From the NCBI RefSeq assembly GCF_029212575.1, contig NZ_JARGPK010000035.1, positions 7,089 to 71,088 of the forward strand: a DNA stretch of 64,000 nucleotides, written 5' to 3'. This DNA is from Antarcticimicrobium sp. (lineage in GTDB: Bacteria > Pseudomonadota > Alphaproteobacteria > Rhodobacterales > Rhodobacteraceae). A program made the position numbers and the translations under genes. Positions 24,063 to 33,331 of this stretch are shown in pieces (position 1 is the stretch's first letter; the number at the start of each line of letters is the position of its first letter). Below the pieces are notes generated by a model that saw only the letters and a program-made list of their open reading frames with translations, was not told the DNA's origin and searched no databases.

Positions 24063-24461
24063 ATGGGCATAGCCGCTTACAAGCGGACGATTTCGGAGAC
24101 GGAATCGCCGCGGCAGATCGAGCGTCGGGTATTATCTCGTGTTACCTCCGACCTGGAACAGTTCGCGTCGAGATACGATTCGGCCGAGCGGGGCATCGAC
24201 CAAATCGGCGTCCTGGCCGATGGTCTGCGCGATGCGCTCTGGAACAACCAGCAGGTCTGGAAAGCGCTCCAGCACGATCTGGCCGCAGAGGGGAACACGC
24301 TTCCGCCGACCCTGCGCGCGGGATTGATCTCGCTTTCGATCTGGGTCGATACCCACACAACCGGCATCCTGAAGGGGCAAAACAAGGTGGGGCCGCTGAT
24401 CGCGATCAACCAGACCATCATCCGCGCGCTGGGTGGAAACGCCCTTCAAGTGATGGAATAG
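24063..24461 (+). CDS. flaF: Flagellar biosynthesis regulator FlaF
   Basis: 132 aa, AYKRTISETESPRQIERRVL...LWNNQQVWKAL. It is paired with flbT as in Caulobacter and rhizobia. Confidence 0.85.
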   Translation: MGIAAYKRTISETESPRQIERRVLSRVTSDLEQFASRYDSAERGIDQIGVLADGLRDALWNNQQVWKALQHDLAAEGNTLPPTLRAGLISLSIWVDTHTTGILKGQNKVGPLIAINQTIIRALGGNALQVME

Positions 24462-24464
24462 CCC

Positions 24465-24887
24465 GTGGCCCTGCGACTGACACTCAAACCCAACGAGAAG
24501 ATCGTCATCAACGGGTGCGTGATCCGCAACGCGGACCGGCGTCAGAGCCTGACCATCGAGAACCATGCCGATGTCGTGCGCGAGGCCGACCTCCTTGACG
24601 AGGCCTCTGCCGCCACCCCGGTCAAGAAAGTCTATTTCTTCATCCAGTCGGCCCTGCTGCGCCCCGATATCCGTTCGGAGCTGACCCCGGTCATTCAGAA
24701 AAGCCTGGCGGAACTGGTCCCGATCTTCAATGCGCAGATTTCCGGGCACATCTGCGAGGCGGCCAACCATATTTCGGCGGCCAACTACTACAAGGCGATG
24801 CGCGCGCTGCGCCAAGTGATCGGCTATGAAGAGGAGCTGATGTCGCTGCTGATCGGTGGCACCGGCGCCGTCGAAGCGGCCGAGTAG
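24465..24887 (+). CDS. flbT: Flagellin synthesis repressor FlbT
   Basis: 140 aa with a GTG start. LRLTLKPNEKIVINGCVIRN matches the FlbT N-terminal signature. Confidence 0.85.
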   Translation: MALRLTLKPNEKIVINGCVIRNADRRQSLTIENHADVVREADLLDEASAATPVKKVYFFIQSALLRPDIRSELTPVIQKSLAELVPIFNAQISGHICEAANHISAANYYKAMRALRQVIGYEEELMSLLIGGTGAVEAAE

Positions 24888-24901
24888 CAGGGGACAGGGG
24901 C

Positions 24902-25732
24902 ATGGTTCTGAGCATTTCCGGCCTGAACAGCCAATTGGCGCTGACCCTCATCGACAGCACGCAGGACCGCCAGCTGGAGAGCCTGAAGACCCAGCCGCAG
25001 CACGCCCGCGCCGCCGAGCAGTTTCGCGAACGGATCGCCTCGATCACCTCGCCCAAGGAGTTGGTGCAGGATTACGAGGTCTACAGTTTCGTCATGCGCG
25101 CCTTTGACCTGGAGGATCAGATCTTTGGCAAGGGGATGATCCGCAAGGTCCTGGAAAGCGATCCGAGCGACGAGACGTCGCTGGTCAACCGGCTGACCGA
25201 TTCCCGCTTTGGCGAATTGCACGCCGCCCTGGGATTCACCACCGCAGCCGGGGCGCAGGCGCCGGATTTCAGCGACGCCGCCTGGCAGGACGGGATCGTC
25301 GATCTCTATTTCGACCGGGCCTATGCCAATGGCTACGCGGACCAGAACGAAACTGTCGGCGCGGTACTGGAGTTCCGCGAGGAAGTCGCCGGCATCGATA
25401 GCTGGTACGACGTGCTGAAAAACGAAACGCTGACCGAGTTTTTTCAGACCGCGCTGAACCTGCCCAGCGAATTGAGCGGTCTGGACGTGGACAAGCAGGC
25501 GGGCATCCTGGCCGACAAGTACGATCTGTCGAAACTGTCCGACCCGGGCGAGCAGGAGCGGCTCATCAGCCGCTATGTGGCGATCTCCGACGTGCTCAAT
25601 CCCCAGGGGTTCTCGGCCATCAGTGCCGCACTGAGCATCCTGCAAAGCTCCTCCTCGCTAAGCTCGGGCATTATCGAAGTGACCTGGGATATCGCACCGG
25701 TGTCCTTTTCCAGCTATTCGCTGTACCGCTGA
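24902..25732 (+). CDS. Flagellar-cluster protein of unknown function (DUF1217-like)
   Basis: 276-aa ORF downstream of flbT. The family assignment is from memory of ...YEVYSFVMRAFDLEDQIFGKGMIRKVLESDPSD-type sequences and was not verified. Confidence 0.6.
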   Translation: MVLSISGLNSQLALTLIDSTQDRQLESLKTQPQHARAAEQFRERIASITSPKELVQDYEVYSFVMRAFDLEDQIFGKGMIRKVLESDPSDETSLVNRLTDSRFGELHAALGFTTAAGAQAPDFSDAAWQDGIVDLYFDRAYANGYADQNETVGAVLEFREEVAGIDSWYDVLKNETLTEFFQTALNLPSELSGLDVDKQAGILADKYDLSKLSDPGEQERLISRYVAISDVLNPQGFSAISAALSILQSSSSLSSGIIEVTWDIAPVSFSSYSLYR

Positions 25733-25743
25733 CCGGGCCGCCC

Positions 25744-26772
25744 CTATTCGATCATCTCTTCGTCGTGGTCGCTGGGCAGTTCGATCTCGCCCCGCTGGGA
25801 CAGGCGCAGCGCGGCCTCGACCAGATCGGATTGGGCCTGTTTCACATCGCGTGACTTTACCGGCCCCATTCCGCGCATTTCCTCTTCCAGCATATCGCGC
25901 GACCGCGCCGGCAGCGAGGACAGGAAGTGTTCCCGCAGGTCCCTGTCGGCGCCCCGCAGCGCCAGCGGCAGCGTCTTTCCGGCCGCCTCGCGCATGACCT
26001 TGGCCAGCGGTGCGGCCTCGATCTCTATCAGGTCGCGGAACACGAACATCTTCTGCTTGATCGTCCGGAATTTCTCCGGGATCTTCTTCTCCAGCTCGCG
26101 CGACAGCCCCTCGAAGACCTTGGGGTCAAGCTTGTTGAACACGCTGACGAGCTGCTTTTCGGTCTCGGCGCCGGCATTGCGCCCGGCCTTTGTCTGCACC
26201 TCGCGGCGCAGGCTTTCCTCGATGCTGCGCAGCGCTTCGATGGGCAGTTCCTCCATCGCGACCATGCGCTCGACCAGTTCCGCCGCGCGCTCCTGGCCCA
26301 GCAGCGGCAGCACCTTGGCCGCGGCATCGGCACGGATGCGGGACAGGATCACCGCGACGGTCTGGTTGTGCTCCTTGCGCAGCACGTCGGCCAGCACCTT
26401 GTCGTCAAGCTCCGACAGATCGCCCCAGAGATCGCCGGTCGAGCTGCCCTCGATCTCCTCCAGGATTTCGGCCACGCGTTCTTCGGGCAGAAAGCCCTTG
26501 AGCAGCCCGCGCGCCGCCTCGACCGAGCCGGTGATGCCGCCGTAGCTGGTCATTTTTTCGCCGAACTCGCGCATCACCTCTTCGACGACCTCGGCCCGGA
26601 CCTCCCCCATGGCCGAGATCGCACGCGTGATCTTGCGGATCTCGCGGGTATCCAGCTGCTGCATCAACTGGCCGCCGCGCTCCTCCCCCAGACACAGGAA
26701 CAGGATCGCGGATTTCTCGGCGCCGCTCAGGCGGGTCTGCTTGCGAAAGGGCGAAAACTGGTTCATCGGCAT
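25744..26772 (-). CDS. fliG: Flagellar motor switch protein FliG
   Basis: 342 aa. LSGAEKSAILFLCLGEERGGQLMQQLD ... MFVFRDLIEIE fits FliG domain organisation. Confidence 0.9.
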   Translation of the reverse strand: MPMNQFSPFRKQTRLSGAEKSAILFLCLGEERGGQLMQQLDTREIRKITRAISAMGEVRAEVVEEVMREFGEKMTSYGGITGSVEAARGLLKGFLPEERVAEILEEIEGSSTGDLWGDLSELDDKVLADVLRKEHNQTVAVILSRIRADAAAKVLPLLGQERAAELVERMVAMEELPIEALRSIEESLRREVQTKAGRNAGAETEKQLVSVFNKLDPKVFEGLSRELEKKIPEKFRTIKQKMFVFRDLIEIEAAPLAKVMREAAGKTLPLALRGADRDLREHFLSSLPARSRDMLEEEMRGMGPVKSRDVKQAQSDLVEAALRLSQRGEIELPSDHDEEMIE

Positions 26773-26898
26773 TTGCCCGGACCGGGCCCGGCTGCTTCAA
26801 TCATTCAAGGATAACTTAACCGGCACTATCCATGCGATACAAGGATTACTAGCAAATCCGGTCGATTTATTCTTAAAAACGCCCCATGCAGCCGTGTC

Positions 26899-27738
26899 CT
26901 ATCCGCCTCCGGTCACGGTGAGATAGGACTGCATCAGCGATCCGGCCAGCATGTACCAGCCGTCGATCAGCACGAAGAAAATCACCTTGAACGGCAGAGA
27001 CACGATCACCGGCGGCAGCATCATCATGCCGGCGCTCATCAGCACCGAGGCGACGATCAGGTCGATGGCGATGAAGGGAAGGTAGAGCAGAAACCCGATG
27101 GTAAAGGCGCGGCGCAGCTCGGAAATCATGAAGGCCGGCACCATCACCCGCCAGCTTACCCCCTCGGCCGCGTCGGGCACGACATCGGGCTCGGCCTCGC
27201 CGGCGATGTCCTGGAACAGCGCGATGTCCTTGTCGCGCGTGTTGACGAACATGAAGGCGCGGAACGGCTCGGCGATGTTCATCATCGCCTGCTCCTCGGT
27301 GATCGCATTCTGCATCAGCGGCCGCAGCCCGCTTTGCCAGGCGTCATCGAACACCGGCTGCATCACGAAAAAGGTCATGAACAGCGCCATCGCGTTCAGC
27401 ACCATGTTGGGCGGGGTCTGGTTCAGCCCCAGCGCCGAGCGCAGCATCGAGAACACGATGACGAAGCGGGTAAAGCTTGTGGTGACCACCAGCAGACCCG
27501 GCGCGATGCTGAGCACCGTGATCAGCGCGAACAGCTGGATCAGCCGGCCCGACAGGCTGGCGCCGGTATCGCTGCCCGGTTCGGTGCCGCCCAGGGTGGA
27601 GGAGAGATCGCGGATCAGCCCGCCGAGGTCGGTGTCCTGCGCCCAGGCGCCACCGGCCCCCGCCAAGACCGCAAGAACCACCAGCCCCGAGACGAGGGCC
27701 GGGCGCCGCGGCGCGGCGAACAGGAGGAACCGGCCCAT
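26899..27738 (-). CDS. fliP: Flagellar export apparatus protein FliP
   Basis: 279 aa. LTVLSIAPGLLVVTTSFTRFVIVFSMLRSALG and FLLYLPFIAIDLIVASVLMSAGMMMLPP are FliP signatures. Confidence 0.92.
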   Translation of the reverse strand: MGRFLLFAAPRRPALVSGLVVLAVLAGAGGAWAQDTDLGGLIRDLSSTLGGTEPGSDTGASLSGRLIQLFALITVLSIAPGLLVVTTSFTRFVIVFSMLRSALGLNQTPPNMVLNAMALFMTFFVMQPVFDDAWQSGLRPLMQNAITEEQAMMNIAEPFRAFMFVNTRDKDIALFQDIAGEAEPDVVPDAAEGVSWRVMVPAFMISELRRAFTIGFLLYLPFIAIDLIVASVLMSAGMMMLPPVIVSLPFKVIFFVLIDGWYMLAGSLMQSYLTVTGGG

Positions 27739-27747
27739 CCGCGCGCC

Positions 27748-28131
27748 TCAGACTTCGGGGATGAAGTCTTTGACGATTTCCCGCAGCGCCACGCCGATGT
27801 GGTCGCCGTTCACCTTCACCAGATCGCCGCGGGCCACCATCCTGTCGTTGATCATGATGTCCACCGGGTCGCCCACCTTGCGGTCAAGTTCGATGACCGA
27901 GCCCTTGGACAGCTCCAGCAGCTCCGAAATCGGCATCCGGCTGCGCCCCAGCACCACCCGCACGTCGAGCCGCACGTTCAGCAGCGCGTCGATATTGCGC
28001 CCGCCGCCCATCGCCGCCGCCACGTCCTTGAGCGTTGGCTTCTCTTCCGGTTGCCCGGCCTCGGGGGTGGGGTTCGCACCGGCTTCGGCGTTGCTGTCTT
28101 CCGGCGGTGTCTGGGTATCCGTGTCCGACAT
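27748..28131 (-). CDS. fliN: Flagellar motor switch protein FliN
   Basis: 127 aa with SpoA domain VVLGRSRMPISELLELSKGSVIELDRKVGDPVDIMINDRMVARGDLV. Confidence 0.9.
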   Translation of the reverse strand: MSDTDTQTPPEDSNAEAGANPTPEAGQPEEKPTLKDVAAAMGGGRNIDALLNVRLDVRVVLGRSRMPISELLELSKGSVIELDRKVGDPVDIMINDRMVARGDLVKVNGDHIGVALREIVKDFIPEV

Positions 28132-28809
28132 TTATCCGACCTTTCCCTGTTCGTCTTTCAGTTTCGCCGCGGCCTCGCGCAGCGCCGCGAGCGCGGCCTC
28201 GCAGGACCGCTCAAGGCTGTAGTCAAGGCCGCCATTGTCCCAGTCGAGGCGTGCTTCGCCGTCGCCCAGCGCGGGGTCGGCGTCCAGCTGCGGCGGCGGC
28301 TCGATGCCCCCGGACTGTGCCAGCGCCGCCAGTTGCGGCTCCAGCATCCGCGCCATCTCCGGCGACAACCGAATCGTGAGTTTCGAACTTCCGCTCGCCA
28401 TGCGCAGGCCGGCCCGAATCCGCGCCTGCGCCAGGTCGACGGAATAGGCGGACAGGAACTCCGGGGCGATCCGCTCGCCGATCTCGACCAGCATGTCGAC
28501 CACGTCGCGCTCCAGCGCACGGCGATGGAGCCCATCGCGTGCCAGCAGATCGGACAGCCGCGCCGAGATCACCTCAAGCGCCGCGGCGCTCTGCGCCGCC
28601 TGACCCGCCTCGGCCTCGGCACGGGCCGCCGCCGCGCCTTCTTCCCGCCCCTGCTGCAGCGCCGCCTCGCTGGCCTCGGCGATCAAACGCTCGACCTCCT
28701 CGCCGGAAAAGCTGCGCGGCGGCGCGGGGGGCGGGGCCGCCTCCTGCGCGGGTTGGGTCCGCCCCGCCTCCAGCGCCTCGGCATCGAAATCACGAAGGAA
28801 CATCCTCAT
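28132..28809 (-). CDS. fliH: Flagellar assembly protein FliH-like
   Basis: 225-aa Ala/Glu-rich coiled-coil protein between fliF and fliN. The call is mainly positional and compositional. Confidence 0.6.
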   Translation of the reverse strand: MRMFLRDFDAEALEAGRTQPAQEAAPPPAPPRSFSGEEVERLIAEASEAALQQGREEGAAAARAEAEAGQAAQSAAALEVISARLSDLLARDGLHRRALERDVVDMLVEIGERIAPEFLSAYSVDLAQARIRAGLRMASGSSKLTIRLSPEMARMLEPQLAALAQSGGIEPPPQLDADPALGDGEARLDWDNGGLDYSLERSCEAALAALREAAAKLKDEQGKVG

Positions 28810-30545
28810 CGTGCATCAGCCTCTGCCACCAGCCAGCCGCGCAGCACGCGCAGCACCTCGTCAGGCTTGTCCTCGGCCAGGGCCTGGATCGCCTCGACGC
28901 GGGCCTTGATCAGGCTCCCGCGTACGCCCAGGGTCTCGACATACTCATGCGGCGCCCCGTCATCATGCGCGGGATCGAAGATGCTGGTGTAACCGGGCGC
29001 GTTGCGGGTCTCCTCGGAGACGTCGAGAAGGTTCACCCCGCCCTTGCCTGCCGGTTTTGCGCCACCGGCCCCGGCCGCCGATGCAGTGTCTGGCAGGGCG
29101 CCCTCGCCCTCGGGCGCGGCAAGCGCACCGGCGGCCTCGCCCTTCGGCAACTCCGGCGCTGCCGCCTGCTGCAAGTGGCGCAGCATCGGGCGGACGCCAA
29201 GGACCATGACCAGCGCCACGATCAGCAACCCGAGCAGCCCGCGCAGGATCGGCACGATATTGTTGCCGACCCGCTGCATCGGGGTCATGCTGACGGGGTC
29301 GCCGACCTCCATCGAGTAATCCATGAAGCGCAGGCTATCGACCGAAACCGTGTCGCCGCGCTGGTCATCGAAACCGACCGCGCTCTTGACCAGTTCGGAC
29401 AGCCGGGTCAGTTCGTCGGGACTACGCTCGGAATAGGTCACGTCGGAGCCTTCGACGCTGTAGATCCCGTTGACCAGCACCGCGACCGAGACCCGGCGGA
29501 TATCCCCCGCCTCGCGCACCACCTCGCGCCGGGTGTTGCCGATTTCGTACTGCACGCTCTCGCCGCTCTTGGATTGCGTGGAGGAGGCGCCATTGCCCGG
29601 ATCGGTCAGCGCGGCGGGGATATTGTTTTCCACCCCGACATTGCCGCCTGCGTCGGTGCCCGAGCGTTGTTCGGTCCGGTTGTCGGTGGCGCGCACCACC
29701 TGCTGATCCGGATCGAAACTCTGCTCGACGATCACCTCGCGCGCCGACGTGAGATCCACGTTGACCCGCACGCGCGCGTTTCCGGCACCGACGCGGGCGG
29801 TCAGGATGCTTTGGATCTGCTGCGCGAGACGATCCTCGATTCCCGCCCTTGCCGATTGCAGCGTCGCCTGACCGTCGCCGTCGCCGGCCTCGGCCAGGAT
29901 GGTCTCGCCGCTCGCCGAAAGTACCGTGACCCGCCCCAGTTCCAGTTCGGCGACCGAGGAGGAGACCAGGTTGCGGATCGCCATCGCCTGCTTGCGCGCG
30001 ATGGTCCGTCCGGGAACCGCCCGCACGATGATCGAGGCCCGCGGCTCTGGCCGTTCGCGCGAGAACGCCTCGCGCTCGGGCAGCACCAGGTGGACCCGGG
30101 CGCTCTGCACCCCGTCGAGCGTCTGGATCGACCGGGCAAGCTCCCCCTCCATCGCGCGCAACCGGTTCACCCGCTGCATGAAAGAGTTCATCGCCAGACC
30201 GCTGGCGTCGTCGAACAGTTCCCAGCCGGGATCGCCCTCGATCGGCAGCCCGCTTTCAGCCAGAACCATCCGCGCGCGGGCCAGATCGTTACGGGGAACC
30301 GACACGCTGGCCCCGTCCTCGGCCATCCGCGCGTCGAACCCGGCGCCGATCAACGTGGTTTCTATCGACCCGGCCGCAGCCATGGAGAGGTTCTTGTACA
30401 AGGGCGCGAAGTCCTTACGGGACACCGCGGAAACCCCCAGCAGCAGGGCCAGGACGAGCCCGAGCGACACCCCGCCCAGAATCATCAGGCGGGTGCGGCC
30501 GAGCGCCTTGAGGTTGTTGATCAGATCCTGCACGCCGTTCCTCAT
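28806..30545 (-). CDS. fliF: Flagellar MS-ring protein FliF
   Basis: About 579 aa. MRNGVQDLINNLKALGRTRLMILGG fits the FliF N-terminus and overall length. Start trimmed from a GTG at 30575 to the ATG at 30545. Confidence 0.9.
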   Translation of the reverse strand: MRNGVQDLINNLKALGRTRLMILGGVSLGLVLALLLGVSAVSRKDFAPLYKNLSMAAAGSIETTLIGAGFDARMAEDGASVSVPRNDLARARMVLAESGLPIEGDPGWELFDDASGLAMNSFMQRVNRLRAMEGELARSIQTLDGVQSARVHLVLPEREAFSRERPEPRASIIVRAVPGRTIARKQAMAIRNLVSSSVAELELGRVTVLSASGETILAEAGDGDGQATLQSARAGIEDRLAQQIQSILTARVGAGNARVRVNVDLTSAREVIVEQSFDPDQQVVRATDNRTEQRSGTDAGGNVGVENNIPAALTDPGNGASSTQSKSGESVQYEIGNTRREVVREAGDIRRVSVAVLVNGIYSVEGSDVTYSERSPDELTRLSELVKSAVGFDDQRGDTVSVDSLRFMDYSMEVGDPVSMTPMQRVGNNIVPILRGLLGLLIVALVMVLGVRPMLRHLQQAAAPELPKGEAAGALAAPEGEGALPDTASAAGAGGAKPAGKGGVNLLDVSEETRNAPGYTSIFDPAHDDGAPHEYVETLGVRGSLIKARVEAIQALAEDKPDEVLRVLRGWLVAEADAR

Positions 30546-30675
30546 GGGAAATGTCCCATCTGTTCTTGCAGTCACGATATTCTATTTTTGCTGTCCAAGT
30601 AAATAACGATGTCAATACTTGCGCCGAAAAGGAAAAACCGGGATGATGTACATGAAGAAGGAACGAGTCTGATCC

Positions 30676-31311
30676 ATGGCGAAGCCGGTGAAAAAGACCC
30701 CCCGACCCGCGTCCGCCGAGCCGGACGTGGTAAAGGAAAGCAAGGCGCGCTCGGCGCGCACCTTGCTCATGGCTGCGCTGTTGCTTTCGGTCGCTTCACT
30801 CGGCGGCGGTTTTGTCCTTGCGAAGATCGCCTTTCAACAGGACGCGGCCAGTTTCGAACCCGACTATGTCGATGAAACAAAGGGCGAAAAGCCCGATGGC
30901 GAACATGCACCGGCGGAAGCGGCCGGGGATGGCCACGCCGATGCCGGAGCGCAGGACGCTGACTCCGAAGAGGAGGGCGAGGCCAGCGTGCGCGAGGGCG
31001 TCCTGGAGTTCGGGGAAATCGTGACCAACATCGAAAGCTTTGACGCCAAGGGGAGCCCGGAACCGGCGTTCCTGAAGCTGACGCTGGTGCTGGTCTATCG
31101 CCCCGATCCCGGCGCGTCCGACCTGATGAAGGAACGCCAGCCCTTCATGCGCGACCTGTTCACCGGCTATGCCCGCAGCCTGAACGAGACCGACGTGCGC
31201 GGCATGGCCGGGGTGCTGAACGTGAAGGCCGAGCTGCTCAAACGCGCCCGCGCCGCCGCCGGCAGCGATCTGCCGCAGGAAATCCTGATCAGCGATCTGA
31301 TCGTGCAATAG
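30676..31311 (+). CDS. fliL: Flagellar basal-body-associated protein FliL
   Basis: 211 aa with a single TM. ...EFGEIVTNIESFDAKG...FLKLTLVLVY...RDLFTGYARS is FliL-like. Immediately upstream of fliM. Confidence 0.75.
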   Translation: MAKPVKKTPRPASAEPDVVKESKARSARTLLMAALLLSVASLGGGFVLAKIAFQQDAASFEPDYVDETKGEKPDGEHAPAEAAGDGHADAGAQDADSEEEGEASVREGVLEFGEIVTNIESFDAKGSPEPAFLKLTLVLVYRPDPGASDLMKERQPFMRDLFTGYARSLNETDVRGMAGVLNVKAELLKRARAAAGSDLPQEILISDLIVQ

Positions 31312-31321
31312 GGGGCGCGGC

Positions 31322-32275
31322 ATGAACAAAATCCTTTCCCAGGACGAGACCGAGGCCCAGAACGGCAATCTGATCGACGAGATCATCAAGATGTCGGATT
31401 TCAGCTTCGAACGGCTGCCGATGCTGGACATCATCGGAGAACGGCTGGCCGATTCGATCTCGGTCGCGCTGCCGCAACTGACCGGCGTGCTCTGCGAGGC
31501 AACCCTGAGCCAGCTCGACTACGTGCCGATGGGCAAGGCGATCGACGCCCTGCCGATGCCGGCGATGATGGCGGTCTGCTCCTCGCCCGGCCTGGACGGG
31601 GAAATTCTGCTGGTGATGGACGCCGCGCTGTTGCTGACCGCGATGGAACTGATGCTCGGCGGCGCGCCAAAGGGCCACAGCCCGCGCGAGACCGAACGGT
31701 TCACAGCGATCGAGCGCGGGTTCGGTCAGCGCCTTGCCGCGCTGGTCATGCACGAGTTGCAATCGAACTTCAGCCTTGCCGGCGATATCGAACTGGAGCT
31801 TGAACGCATCGCGACCGATCCCGACTCGGCCGCCGTGACCCAGCCCGCCAACCTTTGTGTCCGGCTGCATTTCACCGTTGCTCTCGCCGCGAACACCGGC
31901 GTTCTTGAGATCATCATGCCCTATGACGCGCTGGAACCGGTGCGCCCGAAACTGGGCAAGATCCACTTCGGCGAGCCCTCGGACGAGGGCAGCCCTTGGC
32001 GCGAACAGCTGTCGGGCCAGATCGAGCGCGCGACCATCGAACTGGAGGCGGTGCTGGCCGAGGTCCAGCTCTCGATCCAGCAGATCATGAACTGGAGGTC
32101 GGGCGACACCGTCAATCTCTGGATCGAGGAAGAGCACGACGCCACGGTCGTCTGCGCGGATACGCCGATGTTCCGCGCCGCGATCGGCAAACGCAACAAC
32201 GGGAACACGGCAATTCGCATCACCGAGGCGCTGGAGCCGGAAGAGGAGATACCCAATGGCCGCAATGATCACTGA
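31322..32275 (+). CDS. fliM: Flagellar motor switch protein FliM
   Basis: 317 aa. FSFERLPMLDIIGERLADSISVALPQLTG is typical of alphaproteobacterial FliM. Confidence 0.8.
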   Translation: MNKILSQDETEAQNGNLIDEIIKMSDFSFERLPMLDIIGERLADSISVALPQLTGVLCEATLSQLDYVPMGKAIDALPMPAMMAVCSSPGLDGEILLVMDAALLLTAMELMLGGAPKGHSPRETERFTAIERGFGQRLAALVMHELQSNFSLAGDIELELERIATDPDSAAVTQPANLCVRLHFTVALAANTGVLEIIMPYDALEPVRPKLGKIHFGEPSDEGSPWREQLSGQIERATIELEAVLAEVQLSIQQIMNWRSGDTVNLWIEEEHDATVVCADTPMFRAAIGKRNNGNTAIRITEALEPEEEIPNGRNDH

Positions 32276-32609
32276 CATCCTGATCATCCTGCTTCTGATC
32301 GGCAGCGTGGGCTACGGCGTGATGATCTCGCGCCGGGTGCAACGGCTGATGGCCTCGCTGGAGGAGCTGGAGCCGCTGGTGCGGGAGTTTTCCGAGGCAG
32401 TGGACAAATCCGAGTCCTCGGTCACCGCGCTGCGCGACAACCTTGCCGAAGGCCTGGCCACGCAGGAGGACGCCGGTGACGACAGCGCGCCGGCCTTCTC
32501 GTCCCGTCGCCAGCCGCAACGCCGCCTGCCCGGGGTGCAGGTGGTCCGCAACAAGCAGGATCTCGTGCGCCGCTTCTTCGAAACTTCGCGCAGCGAATCG
32601 AGGGCCTGA
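32256..32609 (+). CDS. Small membrane protein of flagellar clusters (DUF6468-like)
   Basis: 117 aa with an N-terminal TM (ITDILIILLLIGSVGYGVMI) followed by a coiled coil. It overlaps the fliM end by 20 nt. Confidence 0.6.
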   Translation: MAAMITDILIILLLIGSVGYGVMISRRVQRLMASLEELEPLVREFSEAVDKSESSVTALRDNLAEGLATQEDAGDDSAPAFSSRRQPQRRLPGVQVVRNKQDLVRRFFETSRSESRA

Positions 32610-32611
32610 CG

Positions 32612-33265
32612 ATGGCGCGGATTTTCGGGGCCAAACTCATTCTGGGCGGCCTCGCTGTGGCGGCCTTTGCCAAGGCGGCCACCTCGCTTCCGGGCCTTCC
32701 CTTTCCCTCCGACGCGATGACGCGCCCCGACCTTCCGATACGGGTCGCGGTGGACATGGAGCCCGCCGAGCCCATCATCCTGGAAGAGGAAACCAAGGTC
32801 GTCGCCAAGGTGCCCAAAATCCCGGCCCAATGCGACACCCCCGAAGAGGTGCTGCAATCGCTGTCGCGCGAACGCGACCTGATCGCGGCCCAGAGGGACG
32901 ACCTGGAAAGCCGCAAGTCAGAGCTCGCCCTCGCCCGCGAGAAACTTGAGATTGAAAAGACCGCGCTGCTCGAACTGAAATCGGACATCGAGGATCTGCT
33001 CGCCCGCGTCAAAGCCTCCGAGACCGAAGATCTCGAGCGTTTGATCGGCTTTTACGAGAACATGAAGCCGGCCGAGGCGGCGCGGATCATGGACGATCTG
33101 GATATCGAGGTGACGATCCTGGTGCTGGCCAAGATGAAGCCACGCGTGGCCGCCCCGATCCTGGCCAAGATGTCGCCGGTGCGGGCGCGGGCGGTGTCGA
33201 AGATCATCCTCGAACGGTCGCAACTGCCCGGCGATCAGGACCTGGTCGGAATTCGGCTCAAGTAA
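32612..33265 (+). CDS. motE: MotE-family flagellar motility protein
   Basis: 217 aa with a signal/TM segment and a coiled coil. The MgtE_N-like tail is FYENMKPAEAARIMDDLDIEVTILVLAKMKPRVAAPILAKMSP. Confidence 0.7.
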   Translation: MARIFGAKLILGGLAVAAFAKAATSLPGLPFPSDAMTRPDLPIRVAVDMEPAEPIILEEETKVVAKVPKIPAQCDTPEEVLQSLSRERDLIAAQRDDLESRKSELALAREKLEIEKTALLELKSDIEDLLARVKASETEDLERLIGFYENMKPAEAARIMDDLDIEVTILVLAKMKPRVAAPILAKMSPVRARAVSKIILERSQLPGDQDLVGIRLK

Positions 33266-33290
33266 CCCAGCACCCCTGGACAGTACCCCG

Positions 33291-33322
33291 CGCCCCGGTC
33301 CCGCGCCGGGGCGTTTTCTTTT
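33291..33322 (+). terminator. Rho-independent terminator after motE
   Basis: Stem CGCCCCGG (33291-33298) / CCGGGGCG (33306-33313) with a 7-nt loop, followed by TTTTCTTTT. Confidence 0.8.
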
Positions 33323-33331
33323 GGCGGCGCC

